Positions 38,082 through 46,252 of a stretch of DNA of 52,498 nt are shown one piece after another. Source of the stretch: a virus (lineage: Duplodnaviria; Caudoviricetes); the IMG/VR virus record IMGVR_UViG_3300032156_000014, positions 1 to 52,498 of that record; one strand, 5' to 3'. Positions within the stretch are counted from its first letter, which is position 1. The number at the start of each line of letters is the position of its first letter. The notes below the pieces were generated by a model. That model had not been told where the DNA came from. It ran no database searches and saw nothing but the letters and a program-made list of their open reading frames with translations. A program made the translations under genes and the position numbers.

Positions 38082-38691
38082 TTACTTTCTTAAGATCTTC
38101 AGGATACTTCTCATATAGCCAGCCGATATATTGTTTATTGTTTATTTCAACACATTGCGAATGGTCATTATTATAACTTACCGGCAGGGGTAGTTTATAA
38201 TACCTTATCAAGTCAATGACCTGCTTGTTATTAAGATTTGCCAGAGGGTAAACCCTTTTAGCTGCCCGGTTTATTGAATGATCTTCAAGCTCTTTCAGTT
38301 CAAACATGCGGTGAACAGAATCATATTTTTTCATGCCAAGACAGACCCAGCCAATTTTGACCTTTGCCCGCACCTGGTTTATGATATCTTCAAGCTGAAC
38401 ATGTTTCATGGTACGGTCCTGCTTAATGCCATAAAAGCCGGTTCTGATATGTCGCGACAAAGAAAAATGAGGTACCTGAATGAATTCTATGTTCTTATAC
38501 CTGTCAGCAAAATAAACCTGGTACTTTCGTACATGGTCCAGATCTTTAACCACGTACATGTAAACAGAGATAACACGGTCAAAGATCATGCTGCAGTAAT
38601 GAGTCATCAAAATTGAATCTTTGCCGGTCAATGAACTGAATAGTATAATACTATCAGCCTCTTGTCTTATCTTTTCGAGCGGCCCGTTCAT
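38017..38691 (-). CDS. PAPS-reductase-like (adenine nucleotide alpha-hydrolase, PP-loop) protein
   Basis: LFSSLTGKDS, GMKKYDS..R, YPLA. Confidence 0.8.
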   Translation of the reverse strand: MNGPLEKIRQEADSIILFSSLTGKDSILMTHYCSMIFDRVISVYMYVVKDLDHVRKYQVYFADRYKNIEFIQVPHFSLSRHIRTGFYGIKQDRTMKHVQLEDIINQVRAKVKIGWVCLGMKKYDSVHRMFELKELEDHSINRAAKRVYPLANLNNKQVIDLIRYYKLPLPVSYNNDHSQCVEINNKQYIGWLYEKYPEDLKKVIAQYPAVNHLLYEYTESQKTA

Positions 38692-38693
38692 AC

Positions 38694-38719
38694 AAAAAAG
38701 CCCCCGCGCCGGGGGCTTT
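38694..38719 (-). terminator. Intrinsic terminator ending 2 nt before the PAPS-reductase-like ATG
   Basis: GCCCCC-GGCGC-GGGGGC-TTTTTT. Confidence 0.75.
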
Positions 38720-38739
38720 GTTCATCTCTGGGGGTGCTT

Positions 38740-38796
38740 TTATCTTACCGGTGCATTCCAGGTTTCAGCACTTTCCCATCCGCTTTCGTCTGCCAT
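38740..38796 (-). CDS. 18-aa peptide MADESGWESAETWNAPVR
   Basis: Clean ATG..TAA with AT-rich upstream sequence, between the ASCH and PAPS-reductase-like genes. Confidence 0.5.
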   Translation of the reverse strand: MADESGWESAETWNAPVR

Positions 38797-38826
38797 GACA
38801 TTTCGTATTAAGTTCAACAATAAAAA

Positions 38827-39873
38827 TCAGGGTTTATGTTCAACAACCTTACCCAGAATTATCTCGATCGCGATATCGCCTTTCTTCAGACCCTCAGGTA
38901 TCTCATTAATGAAAGTATAACAGCCGACTTCTTTACATTCAGCAACAAGCATGGGACTGTCAGCCCTGTAGCCATTTATAAATCGAATATGGGTGATGTC
39001 TTTACGCGGCGAATATTTGCCGTTATCATCTTTGAAGCCTAAAAGCCTGGCATTGAATCTCGAAGGGGCGCGGTATTCTTTTGTCTTTTCGCCTGAGAGG
39101 ATCTGATCATAAAACTTCTTTTTGATAATCAGATTAACAATTACCGGGTATTTGCTGTTATCATGCATCACACAAAGATACTCATATTTGTTTTTCGGTG
39201 TTTCGGTAGCATCTTTATTTTTCAACTCTGCGGGCTTATTTATTAACAGGGTTTGTTTTGAGGCCCGGGCCTCAGTGGTACGCACCTGGCTCTTGAGTTT
39301 TTCGATCTCATGTTCGCGCTTATTGTCTGCGTCTGTTTTTCTGCCCCAGACAAGGCCGCGCTTATTGCCGTATAAATACCGGGCTGTCTCTTCTTTTTTC
39401 TGGATCTCTGCTTTCAGTTCAGGTATTGAGGGCCGGGGTTCTGCTGGTTTCATTGGCCTGGCTTTAATGGCTTTCTTTGTGAATGACTCGACGGCCCTGA
39501 ATGATTTTTCAACCATGTTTCTAATATGACATATTTGCTGGGGTGCGAATGTATAACCAAAGTCAGGCCCGGCTATTTCAATTAAAACCTCGTCGTTTTT
39601 ATAAACCGGGGCGCCCCATTCAAAATCTGGCTTGTCAGTATGCTTAGGGTGATCAGGATGCAACCGCTGCCCTTCAGTGGTTATATTCACCGCGCAAAAT
39701 TCAGAGCTTATCAAATCGGTGCTTTTTGCCAGCCGCTCGAGGTTGAATGTATTGAAATTCAGCAAATCATATTTGCCCGTACCGGTGTGAATAGGTGCCA
39801 AAATACTCTCGACCTGGTTAAAGGTTCTTAGTATTGCGTTCTGTCTGTCTTGGATCTGTGTCAGTGTGTTCAT
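38827..39873 (-). CDS. Multidomain protein with C-terminal ASCH domain
   Basis: LIIKKKFYDQILSGEKTKEYR...IRFINGY...I.LG.V. Confidence 0.8.
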   Translation of the reverse strand: MNTLTQIQDRQNAILRTFNQVESILAPIHTGTGKYDLLNFNTFNLERLAKSTDLISSEFCAVNITTEGQRLHPDHPKHTDKPDFEWGAPVYKNDEVLIEIAGPDFGYTFAPQQICHIRNMVEKSFRAVESFTKKAIKARPMKPAEPRPSIPELKAEIQKKEETARYLYGNKRGLVWGRKTDADNKREHEIEKLKSQVRTTEARASKQTLLINKPAELKNKDATETPKNKYEYLCVMHDNSKYPVIVNLIIKKKFYDQILSGEKTKEYRAPSRFNARLLGFKDDNGKYSPRKDITHIRFINGYRADSPMLVAECKEVGCYTFINEIPEGLKKGDIAIEIILGKVVEHKP

Positions 39874-40084
39874 TGCTTTGCAGTGTTAAATTGTTAATAA
39901 TCAGGATTGTCTTTGTGGCCTCTTCAATGTCTTGCGACAATGCGGCGACCCTTACAAGCGAGCGCCGGGGCCGTGCCGGGTGTTTATTTGCGGGTTTCAT
40001 TATATAAAATATTTAAGGGTTTCATTTTTAAAACTTTCGCCCGGGCCTTTGAAGTGATCGCCAGCCCTGGGCAAATAGTTTGAT

Positions 40085-41305
40085 TTAATTAACTATTGAT
40101 TCAAGCATTGCGCGCTTACTCTTCGGGAAGATCCAGCCCGGGACTCTTTCGCCGTTCAAAGTCAGTGCCGGGTTGAAACGACCGCCCATCTCTTTCAGGC
40201 TGTCTTTTATCGGCTTGGTATTGCCAAACAGGGCAAGGGCTTTATCTGAATAGTCAACCAGCTGCAGGCCGTCAATATTTACGGGTGCTGCCGGTTCTGG
40301 CTTGCTGTTCTTAAGTGCAAAGAAGTTGCCGCGCCCGGTCTCATAATAAAGATCTTCAAGATGCCATTTCAGGGATTGTTTACGGACTATCCAGCCTGCA
40401 TAATGCGAACGGCCTAAATAGTACCCGGCCCCCATGCTGTATTTTTCGCGGTGCTCTATAGTCTCTTCATGTATGCCAGTGGTAAAATTTACCGGGGTGT
40501 TATCGGCTGTTATCGGCTCAAGAGCGCCGAGGCCGTTAATATATTTCTGGCAGTCTTCGCGGGTTTGAAATTCTTTGTTATCTGTTAATTCACGATGCCA
40601 GGGCGACCGTTGGCCCTTGTGATAATAAGAGCCATTACTACAGAAATCGGTATCTATTAATACTAAGGGTTCAAAAATACCCTTTTCTGGACCCAGGTGC
40701 TGGGTATGTTCAAATTTAACAGCGGCCTTTCTCATTTCGCTGAATAGGTCGCGCTCATGACTGCTAAATGCAAGTATCACGGTTTTATCATCATGGCTTG
40801 CAAAATAGTCTGTCATGCTGTCACTGTCGTCGACCATGTGTTCGGCAATTATTACAGCCTTAGCATCGCCGGGCCTGTTTGCTTCAAATATTTCGCGGCC
40901 TTTTGCTATTAATGCGGTGCGCTCTTCGCTTGCTATTCTTGCAGCCTCTTTTTGCTCGCCCTCTCTTTTGTTTGCCTTACTCAGGGCCTCGACTATCTCT
41001 TCAGTCTTGCAAATGTCGCCCGGGGTGTAATATATGCCAATGCCAAATATTTCACTTCCGGGCCGTATGCCGTAAGCCTGCTCGATGCCTTTGGCTGGGT
41101 CATCAAGATTAACCCATCTGTAATTTAACCGCCCGTCAAAGTCTGAATTGTAGGTCTCATATATGGCCCGGCGGTCGTGGCTGTGGCTGTCTTGCCCGTA
41201 ACCATTAAGCCAAATTATTTGGCCTATCGGTAAAACAACATCTTTTAGCTCTTGCATGATGCCCGGCTTCATTTCGTCTTTAAAATCTGTCTTTACTGTT
41301 TTCAT
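40085..41305 (-). CDS. Multidomain polyvalent-type protein of Bacteroidota mobile elements (possible anti-defence)
   Basis: AVIIAE...DDSDSMTDYF, RDLFSEMRKAA, EHREKYSMGAGYYLG, VDYSDKALALFG.TK..K..LK..GGRFN. Confidence 0.6.
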   Translation of the reverse strand: MKTVKTDFKDEMKPGIMQELKDVVLPIGQIIWLNGYGQDSHSHDRRAIYETYNSDFDGRLNYRWVNLDDPAKGIEQAYGIRPGSEIFGIGIYYTPGDICKTEEIVEALSKANKREGEQKEAARIASEERTALIAKGREIFEANRPGDAKAVIIAEHMVDDSDSMTDYFASHDDKTVILAFSSHERDLFSEMRKAAVKFEHTQHLGPEKGIFEPLVLIDTDFCSNGSYYHKGQRSPWHRELTDNKEFQTREDCQKYINGLGALEPITADNTPVNFTTGIHEETIEHREKYSMGAGYYLGRSHYAGWIVRKQSLKWHLEDLYYETGRGNFFALKNSKPEPAAPVNIDGLQLVDYSDKALALFGNTKPIKDSLKEMGGRFNPALTLNGERVPGWIFPKSKRAMLESIVN

Positions 41306-41327
41306 TTGCTTTGCGGTTTATGATTAA

Positions 41328-41543
41328 TTACAACATAATAACACAAGTAAAAAAAGATTTACCTGCATGAATACCATGTTCAATTTTACATGTTTCTGTA
41401 ATTTCAGCGCTATAATGACGACCTGCCCTTAATGCCCCGCTTAGCGCTTTCTTAGATACTTCACAACAATCTATAGTTGTGTGCCATAGAAAAAACCTAC
41501 AGTGAGTAGTTTTTAAGATCTCTGATTTTGTTAGTGCTTTCAT
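41328..41543 (-). CDS. Hypothetical protein, first gene of the cassette
   Basis: Shared leader motif ACTGCAAAG-ATG. Confidence 0.55.
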   Translation of the reverse strand: MKALTKSEILKTTHCRFFLWHTTIDCCEVSKKALSGALRAGRHYSAEITETCKIEHGIHAGKSFFTCVIML

Positions 41544-41582
41544 CTTTGCAGTATTGGTTTATAATGTGTTACTGTGATACTG

Positions 41583-41667
41583 CAATATTACGCCGGGTTT
41601 TGGTGTAAAAACATGATTTTTGTCATGTTTTGACGTTTATTGACTATTTATAATTAGTCTAAATTAA
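41583..41667 (-). promoter_or_regulatory. Putative promoter (TAATATTG) with palindromic operator-like sites
   Basis: One-mismatch -7 element at 41583-41590; inverted repeat AAAACATGA-N6-TCATGTTTT at 41608-41631; AT-rich palindrome near 41645-41667. Confidence 0.5.
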
Positions 41668-41712
41668 TACAATATTGCCTTAACTTATTTTTTAGTTGTG
41701 CTTTTTGACATC

Positions 41713-41737
41713 AAAAAAAGCCCTGAAATGACAGGGC
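41713..41737 (-). terminator. Intrinsic terminator
   Basis: GCCCTG-N6-CAGGGC-T7. Confidence 0.8.
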
Positions 41738-41830
41738 CGGGGGTCTGGCCGGGTAGATTATACCTTTTTGGCCTTTTGACGTGTTAGGGGGGTGTTTCTT
41801 GTTGAATTCTGGCAGGTTTTCGGGCCCGGT

Positions 41831-42238
41831 TTACTTTGGGTTTATAATTATCTGGACATTTGACGGCACCAGTTTTGAAAGCTGTTTTAACAGATCTATG
41901 ATCTGGCTGCCTGGTTCTGGTCCGGGTTCGGGGGTTTCATTCTCTTTTTTACTACTATCTGCAGAATAATCAGAAAGGTTTTTTCTCATACGTTCGACTT
42001 CTCTCGGATCCGGCCTGATCCCTGCATAATTCAAATCGCTGATGTGTTTCTTTATGAAGTCCTGGACGGTACCCAAGACTGAGGGCCTGATCTTTAATTC
42101 AGCCGGGTTATCCTTAAGGAGCTTGCTGACCGTGGGTTCTGATAATCCTGTCTCAGCTATAATCTGTTTAACTGAATATTTCTTCTCTGATTTCAGGACC
42201 CCGCAGAGCTTACGGAACTTCAGAACATCTTCGTACAT
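41831..42238 (-). CDS. HTH DNA-binding protein
   Basis: SVKQIIAETGLSEPTVSKLL. Confidence 0.7.
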   Translation of the reverse strand: MYEDVLKFRKLCGVLKSEKKYSVKQIIAETGLSEPTVSKLLKDNPAELKIRPSVLGTVQDFIKKHISDLNYAGIRPDPREVERMRKNLSDYSADSSKKENETPEPGPEPGSQIIDLLKQLSKLVPSNVQIIINPK

Positions 42239-42409
42239 AACTAACTGATATATTTTGAAAAGAACCCTTTTTTACGAGTCCCGGCCGACTGACCTTCATT
42301 TGTTTCGGGTGCTTTCAGCCGGGATTAAACCAATAGCTGAAACAAAGATAAGATGTTTCTGTAACACATGTCAAATATTGTTATTAACAATATTATCAAC
42401 AATATGAAA

Positions 42410-44522
42410 TCAGAAAGGAGAGTTGGCCGGATCAAAACTCTTAATGTCGGTTCGTTTTGGCAGGTACTCAATATCGTCATTATCCCGGAGCAGGATGTAT
42501 TTACCGTCAATCTCAATAACCCTGGCGCAAAGGTTAAAGGGGGTCACTATGCCTTTCCTGCGAAGGACAAAATCAAAACGGCCATAGTCGGATGGCTTCA
42601 GATCAGTCATTTCTCTTTATCTTTATTCTCAGGCATTGCGAGCCAAAACTTATATAATTTATTGAGATTCCCAAATCTGATATATAAATCTTTTTGTAGC
42701 ATTGCCCATTCCACAAACTCCCCTTCATACATATTCTCAAAGAGGTCAGCGATTTCTTTGGCAAGCATCTTCTTGTAGGAATAAGGCAGATTCACCAAGT
42801 TTTCATGACTGCAAAGTATCTCCAGTATCTTATCTTCTTTTGTCATAGTTCTGAAATTATTATTTCCAATTTAAAATTATTCCATTCTCACATTGAAAAC
42901 ATTTCATCCTTAGAGTATCATTACTAAAACCAACACATTCTGTATGGCAAAATGGACAAATAACACTGTTCCTTGTACCTGTATAAATTGTCATAATAAC
43001 TTTTGCCTTACGTGGTTTTTTATATTTTTTATAATTTTTCATAGCTCAATGGTTAGGGGTTAATCAAATTAGGATTATAAGCATTTCCTCCGAGTCCATT
43101 TGATCCGGCTATATATAAACCATCATCGGAATCTTTTTCAAGTCCATCCACAATATCATCTGTATGGGCTGATATGTTCCATATTTTGTAAGCCGGGAAT
43201 AAAAATTCTTTTACAAGTTTTCCGTCTTTAAAAATTTCAATTAAAGCGTCACCCTTTGGTTTAATTAAATAACTTGCTCTAAAATGATAATTTCTAACAT
43301 CACCTTCAAATGCAATTTTTTCAATAATAATGTCTTTCATCTCTTTCCGTTTTAAGTTTATTTATCTTTTGCGGGTTATCTGAATTGTGGGTTAAGAATA
43401 TCACAGGTATTGCAGTTCTCGGAGTTCTGATGTCCGCACTCTCTACATTCGGCTGCCTGGTCTGCATTATTAAGGTCATGCATAGTAACTGATTTTGGTT
43501 CTATTGACTCCCTAACCACTTCAATAACACCTTCTCCATGACAAATTCTACAATTATTATTATCGTCATAATGATTAACACCAGTTCCATTACAGGTTGG
43601 GCATTTAGTATATTCTTTTTTAGGAGTCCATAAATGATGTTCCACACATTCGGGGCAAGAATCATCTAACATACAACCACTTTCTGAAAACATTTGGCAT
43701 CTATCACAGGTTTTATGTTCTTCTTTCTCTGCTTTGTCAAACCAGGTATATGCACAATCACTACACTGTTTAAATTTCTGCACACTAACCCAATTTTCAT
43801 GTTTACATTTTGTCGTCCCCTCTGCTTTGTCTGATTGCAGTGCGGAAAGTTCGGTATATAATTTTAGTCTGATATCCCATTCCTCTTTGCTAATGGGCAG
43901 CTCAACATTTAAACAGTTATCAAGATGTTCAATCAGCTCTCTCTGCTTCTCAATGATTAAGTCCCTATTGTCGGGGACGGGAAGCGTCTGGTCTCTTGCC
44001 CAACAAGCAATATCAAATAAATCTTCTCTTTCTTTTGATGTTCTGATATTAAGGGAATCCAATTTAATGCTTATCATTTCATCAGTTAGTGTTTTCATAT
44101 CTTATCTTTTATAAATGGCTATTATCTCCCGACTGGGTTCTTTGCAGTACGACAAGCTCCCTTGCTGTTTTGTCATTGTTCATCTTTGACTGGTATTTCC
44201 GCTGGATAGGATATTTCCCCATGTACTCAATGATCAGGTAGCGGTCTATCGCAAAGTGAAGCGAGTCGCAAAGCCCCCGGTTCACAAAGCTGATGATCGC
44301 CCTCTCGTGGCGGAACTCAAAGAAAGCCGTCTCCCTGATGAAATAATCCTCCGGTTTGATTATTCCTTTCTCTCTCATCTCCTCGTACAGATACATCGGT
44401 ATCTCAAGGCTGTGAATGTATTTCGCCGGGCGGATATGTCCACGCTGAACAGCCTCGGTTATGAAGCCGAAGTCATTCTTGCGGCGTTCTGTATTAATCA
44501 GTTCTTTCGTTTCGGGTTTCAT
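42410..44522 (-). other. Cluster of small hypothetical genes (42410-42610, 42607-42846, 42860-43042, 43053-43340, 43376-44098, 44109-44522), several with CxxC zinc motifs
   Basis: Tightly packed co-oriented ORFs; 43376-44098 has DnaJ-like CxxCxGxG pairs. Confidence 0.65.
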
Positions 44523-44525
44523 GAT

Positions 44526-46202
44526 TTATCCTGCTTTATGTATTAAAACATCGGGTAATAATTGTTTGATAACAGGCTCTAAAAGAGCCTTCGCCATACC
44601 GACCGGCACAGAATTGCCGACCATTTTGATTATCGCTTTTCGTGAAAGTTTTAATCCGGGCCTGCGAAAATACCCATCCGGAAATCCCATTATCGCAGAC
44701 AGCTCCCAATCATATAAAAACCTCATCTTAATGTCAAAGTCAACAATATCACCAAGCAAAGCCGTTACAAGGGCTTTTTTGTTTTCTGCGGTAAGTATTG
44801 ACCCTAACGGCTTTTCAAGACTCTGATTCTGTGATCCCGGATTACCACCTGAATTGAAGTAAGTTGTTATGAATTGGAATTTATCCTTTGTCGTCATAGA
44901 CCCAAGTGGATTATCAATGCTTTGATTGTTTATCTCAGGGTGTCCGGAGCTGTTATATACAGAACTTATAAATTGAGCCCTTGCTGTTATAAGAGAGTCG
45001 CCTCCAAAAGTGGTTATTGTAGGAGCCGGTTTTTCAAGAGGCTGGTTTGCATAATCATTCGTCAGGGGGCGAGTATAGAATTGCATCTTCGCCGTGACTA
45101 TGGCAGAGCCATCCCGGCACGTGATTGTCGGAGCGGGCTGATCAATACCCTGACAATGATTCTGTTTCCTGCCTCCTTCTTTTGTATTACTGAAATACTT
45201 TGATATAAACTTATTCTCAATAGTTATCAGTTGCTTTGTCTGTCTTGTCAGTTGTGTCTTTAATGGTTCGTCCGGCAGGTTATAACTATCCATGTGGCAA
45301 TGGTCCTGGATATATTGCATCTTTTCAACTTTTATAAGACATTGCCGGTCTTTTGTGGTGATCGTATTTAACGGTTTGTTTATTGACTGGCAGTTGTCTC
45401 CATTGCCATAGTATGACATGATATAATACACCTCCGGGGCAAACTTCCTGATCCCTCCGGCAATTCTTTTCAGGGTGTTCTCTGAAAGCGGGTGCCGTCT
45501 CTGTTTGGCTACATTTTCATTGAGGGCCCTGCCAAATATAGAATTACCCTCGTCACTTAAGTCAATATAATCCTTACAGGGCTTCCATTTCAGGAGTCCG
45601 AACATATTCTCTTTCTCTGCATGGGTGGGCTGTGGCCATATTATCGGACATGCCTCTTTTGAGAATATCCCAAAATATCGTATTCGCCGGGTCGGACAGC
45701 CATAATCAGCTGCATTCAAAAACCGTCGTCCGTAATTAGCATAACCGAGATCCTTGATCGCCTTTACCCATCTCAGGTATTCAAGGCCCTCTTTGCCCTT
45801 GACTCTCTTGCCGTTCTTAAGCTCTCCCCAGCGGATGAACTCCGTTACATTCTCGATATAGAGATAATCAGGTTGACAATGTACTAGGTAGCGCAGAAGC
45901 TCCCAGCCAAGTGTGAATGACCCCTCGTCTTTGTCCTTACCGCCCTTTGCCTTGCTGTGCTGGGTACATTCCAGCGAAGCCCAGAGAACATCAACCGGAT
46001 CAAGCTCTTTAACGTCCTGAGTCCTGATGTCTGCCTGGTAGTGTTTTGTCTCCGGGTGATTCGCTGCGTGTGTCTTGATCGCAATAGGATCGTGATTAAG
46101 GGCCCACGAGACATGCAGTCCGGGAACCATAAAAGCACCCGTCGAAGTCCCTCCTCCTCCTGCGAACAGATCTGCAAATTTTATATTATCTAAGAAGTCC
46201 AT
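44526..46202 (-). CDS. C5-cytosine DNA methyltransferase with repeated variable region
   Basis: DLFAGGGG, SLEC, IENV, AADYG.P..R.R, MRFL...EL...MGFP, GNSVP. Confidence 0.93.
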   Translation of the reverse strand: MDFLDNIKFADLFAGGGGTSTGAFMVPGLHVSWALNHDPIAIKTHAANHPETKHYQADIRTQDVKELDPVDVLWASLECTQHSKAKGGKDKDEGSFTLGWELLRYLVHCQPDYLYIENVTEFIRWGELKNGKRVKGKEGLEYLRWVKAIKDLGYANYGRRFLNAADYGCPTRRIRYFGIFSKEACPIIWPQPTHAEKENMFGLLKWKPCKDYIDLSDEGNSIFGRALNENVAKQRRHPLSENTLKRIAGGIRKFAPEVYYIMSYYGNGDNCQSINKPLNTITTKDRQCLIKVEKMQYIQDHCHMDSYNLPDEPLKTQLTRQTKQLITIENKFISKYFSNTKEGGRKQNHCQGIDQPAPTITCRDGSAIVTAKMQFYTRPLTNDYANQPLEKPAPTITTFGGDSLITARAQFISSVYNSSGHPEINNQSIDNPLGSMTTKDKFQFITTYFNSGGNPGSQNQSLEKPLGSILTAENKKALVTALLGDIVDFDIKMRFLYDWELSAIMGFPDGYFRRPGLKLSRKAIIKMVGNSVPVGMAKALLEPVIKQLLPDVLIHKAG

Positions 46203-46252
46203 ATATTTTATCTTAATAGTCTTTCAAGGTTGGTTTTTTGTTTTACCACCGT

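Noticed and set aside
42279-42326. Hammerhead ribozyme (CTGA...GAAA within a 10-bp stem)
   Set aside because: Core CUGANGA not matched and stems II and III are absent; probably a simple hairpin near a boxA-like sequence.
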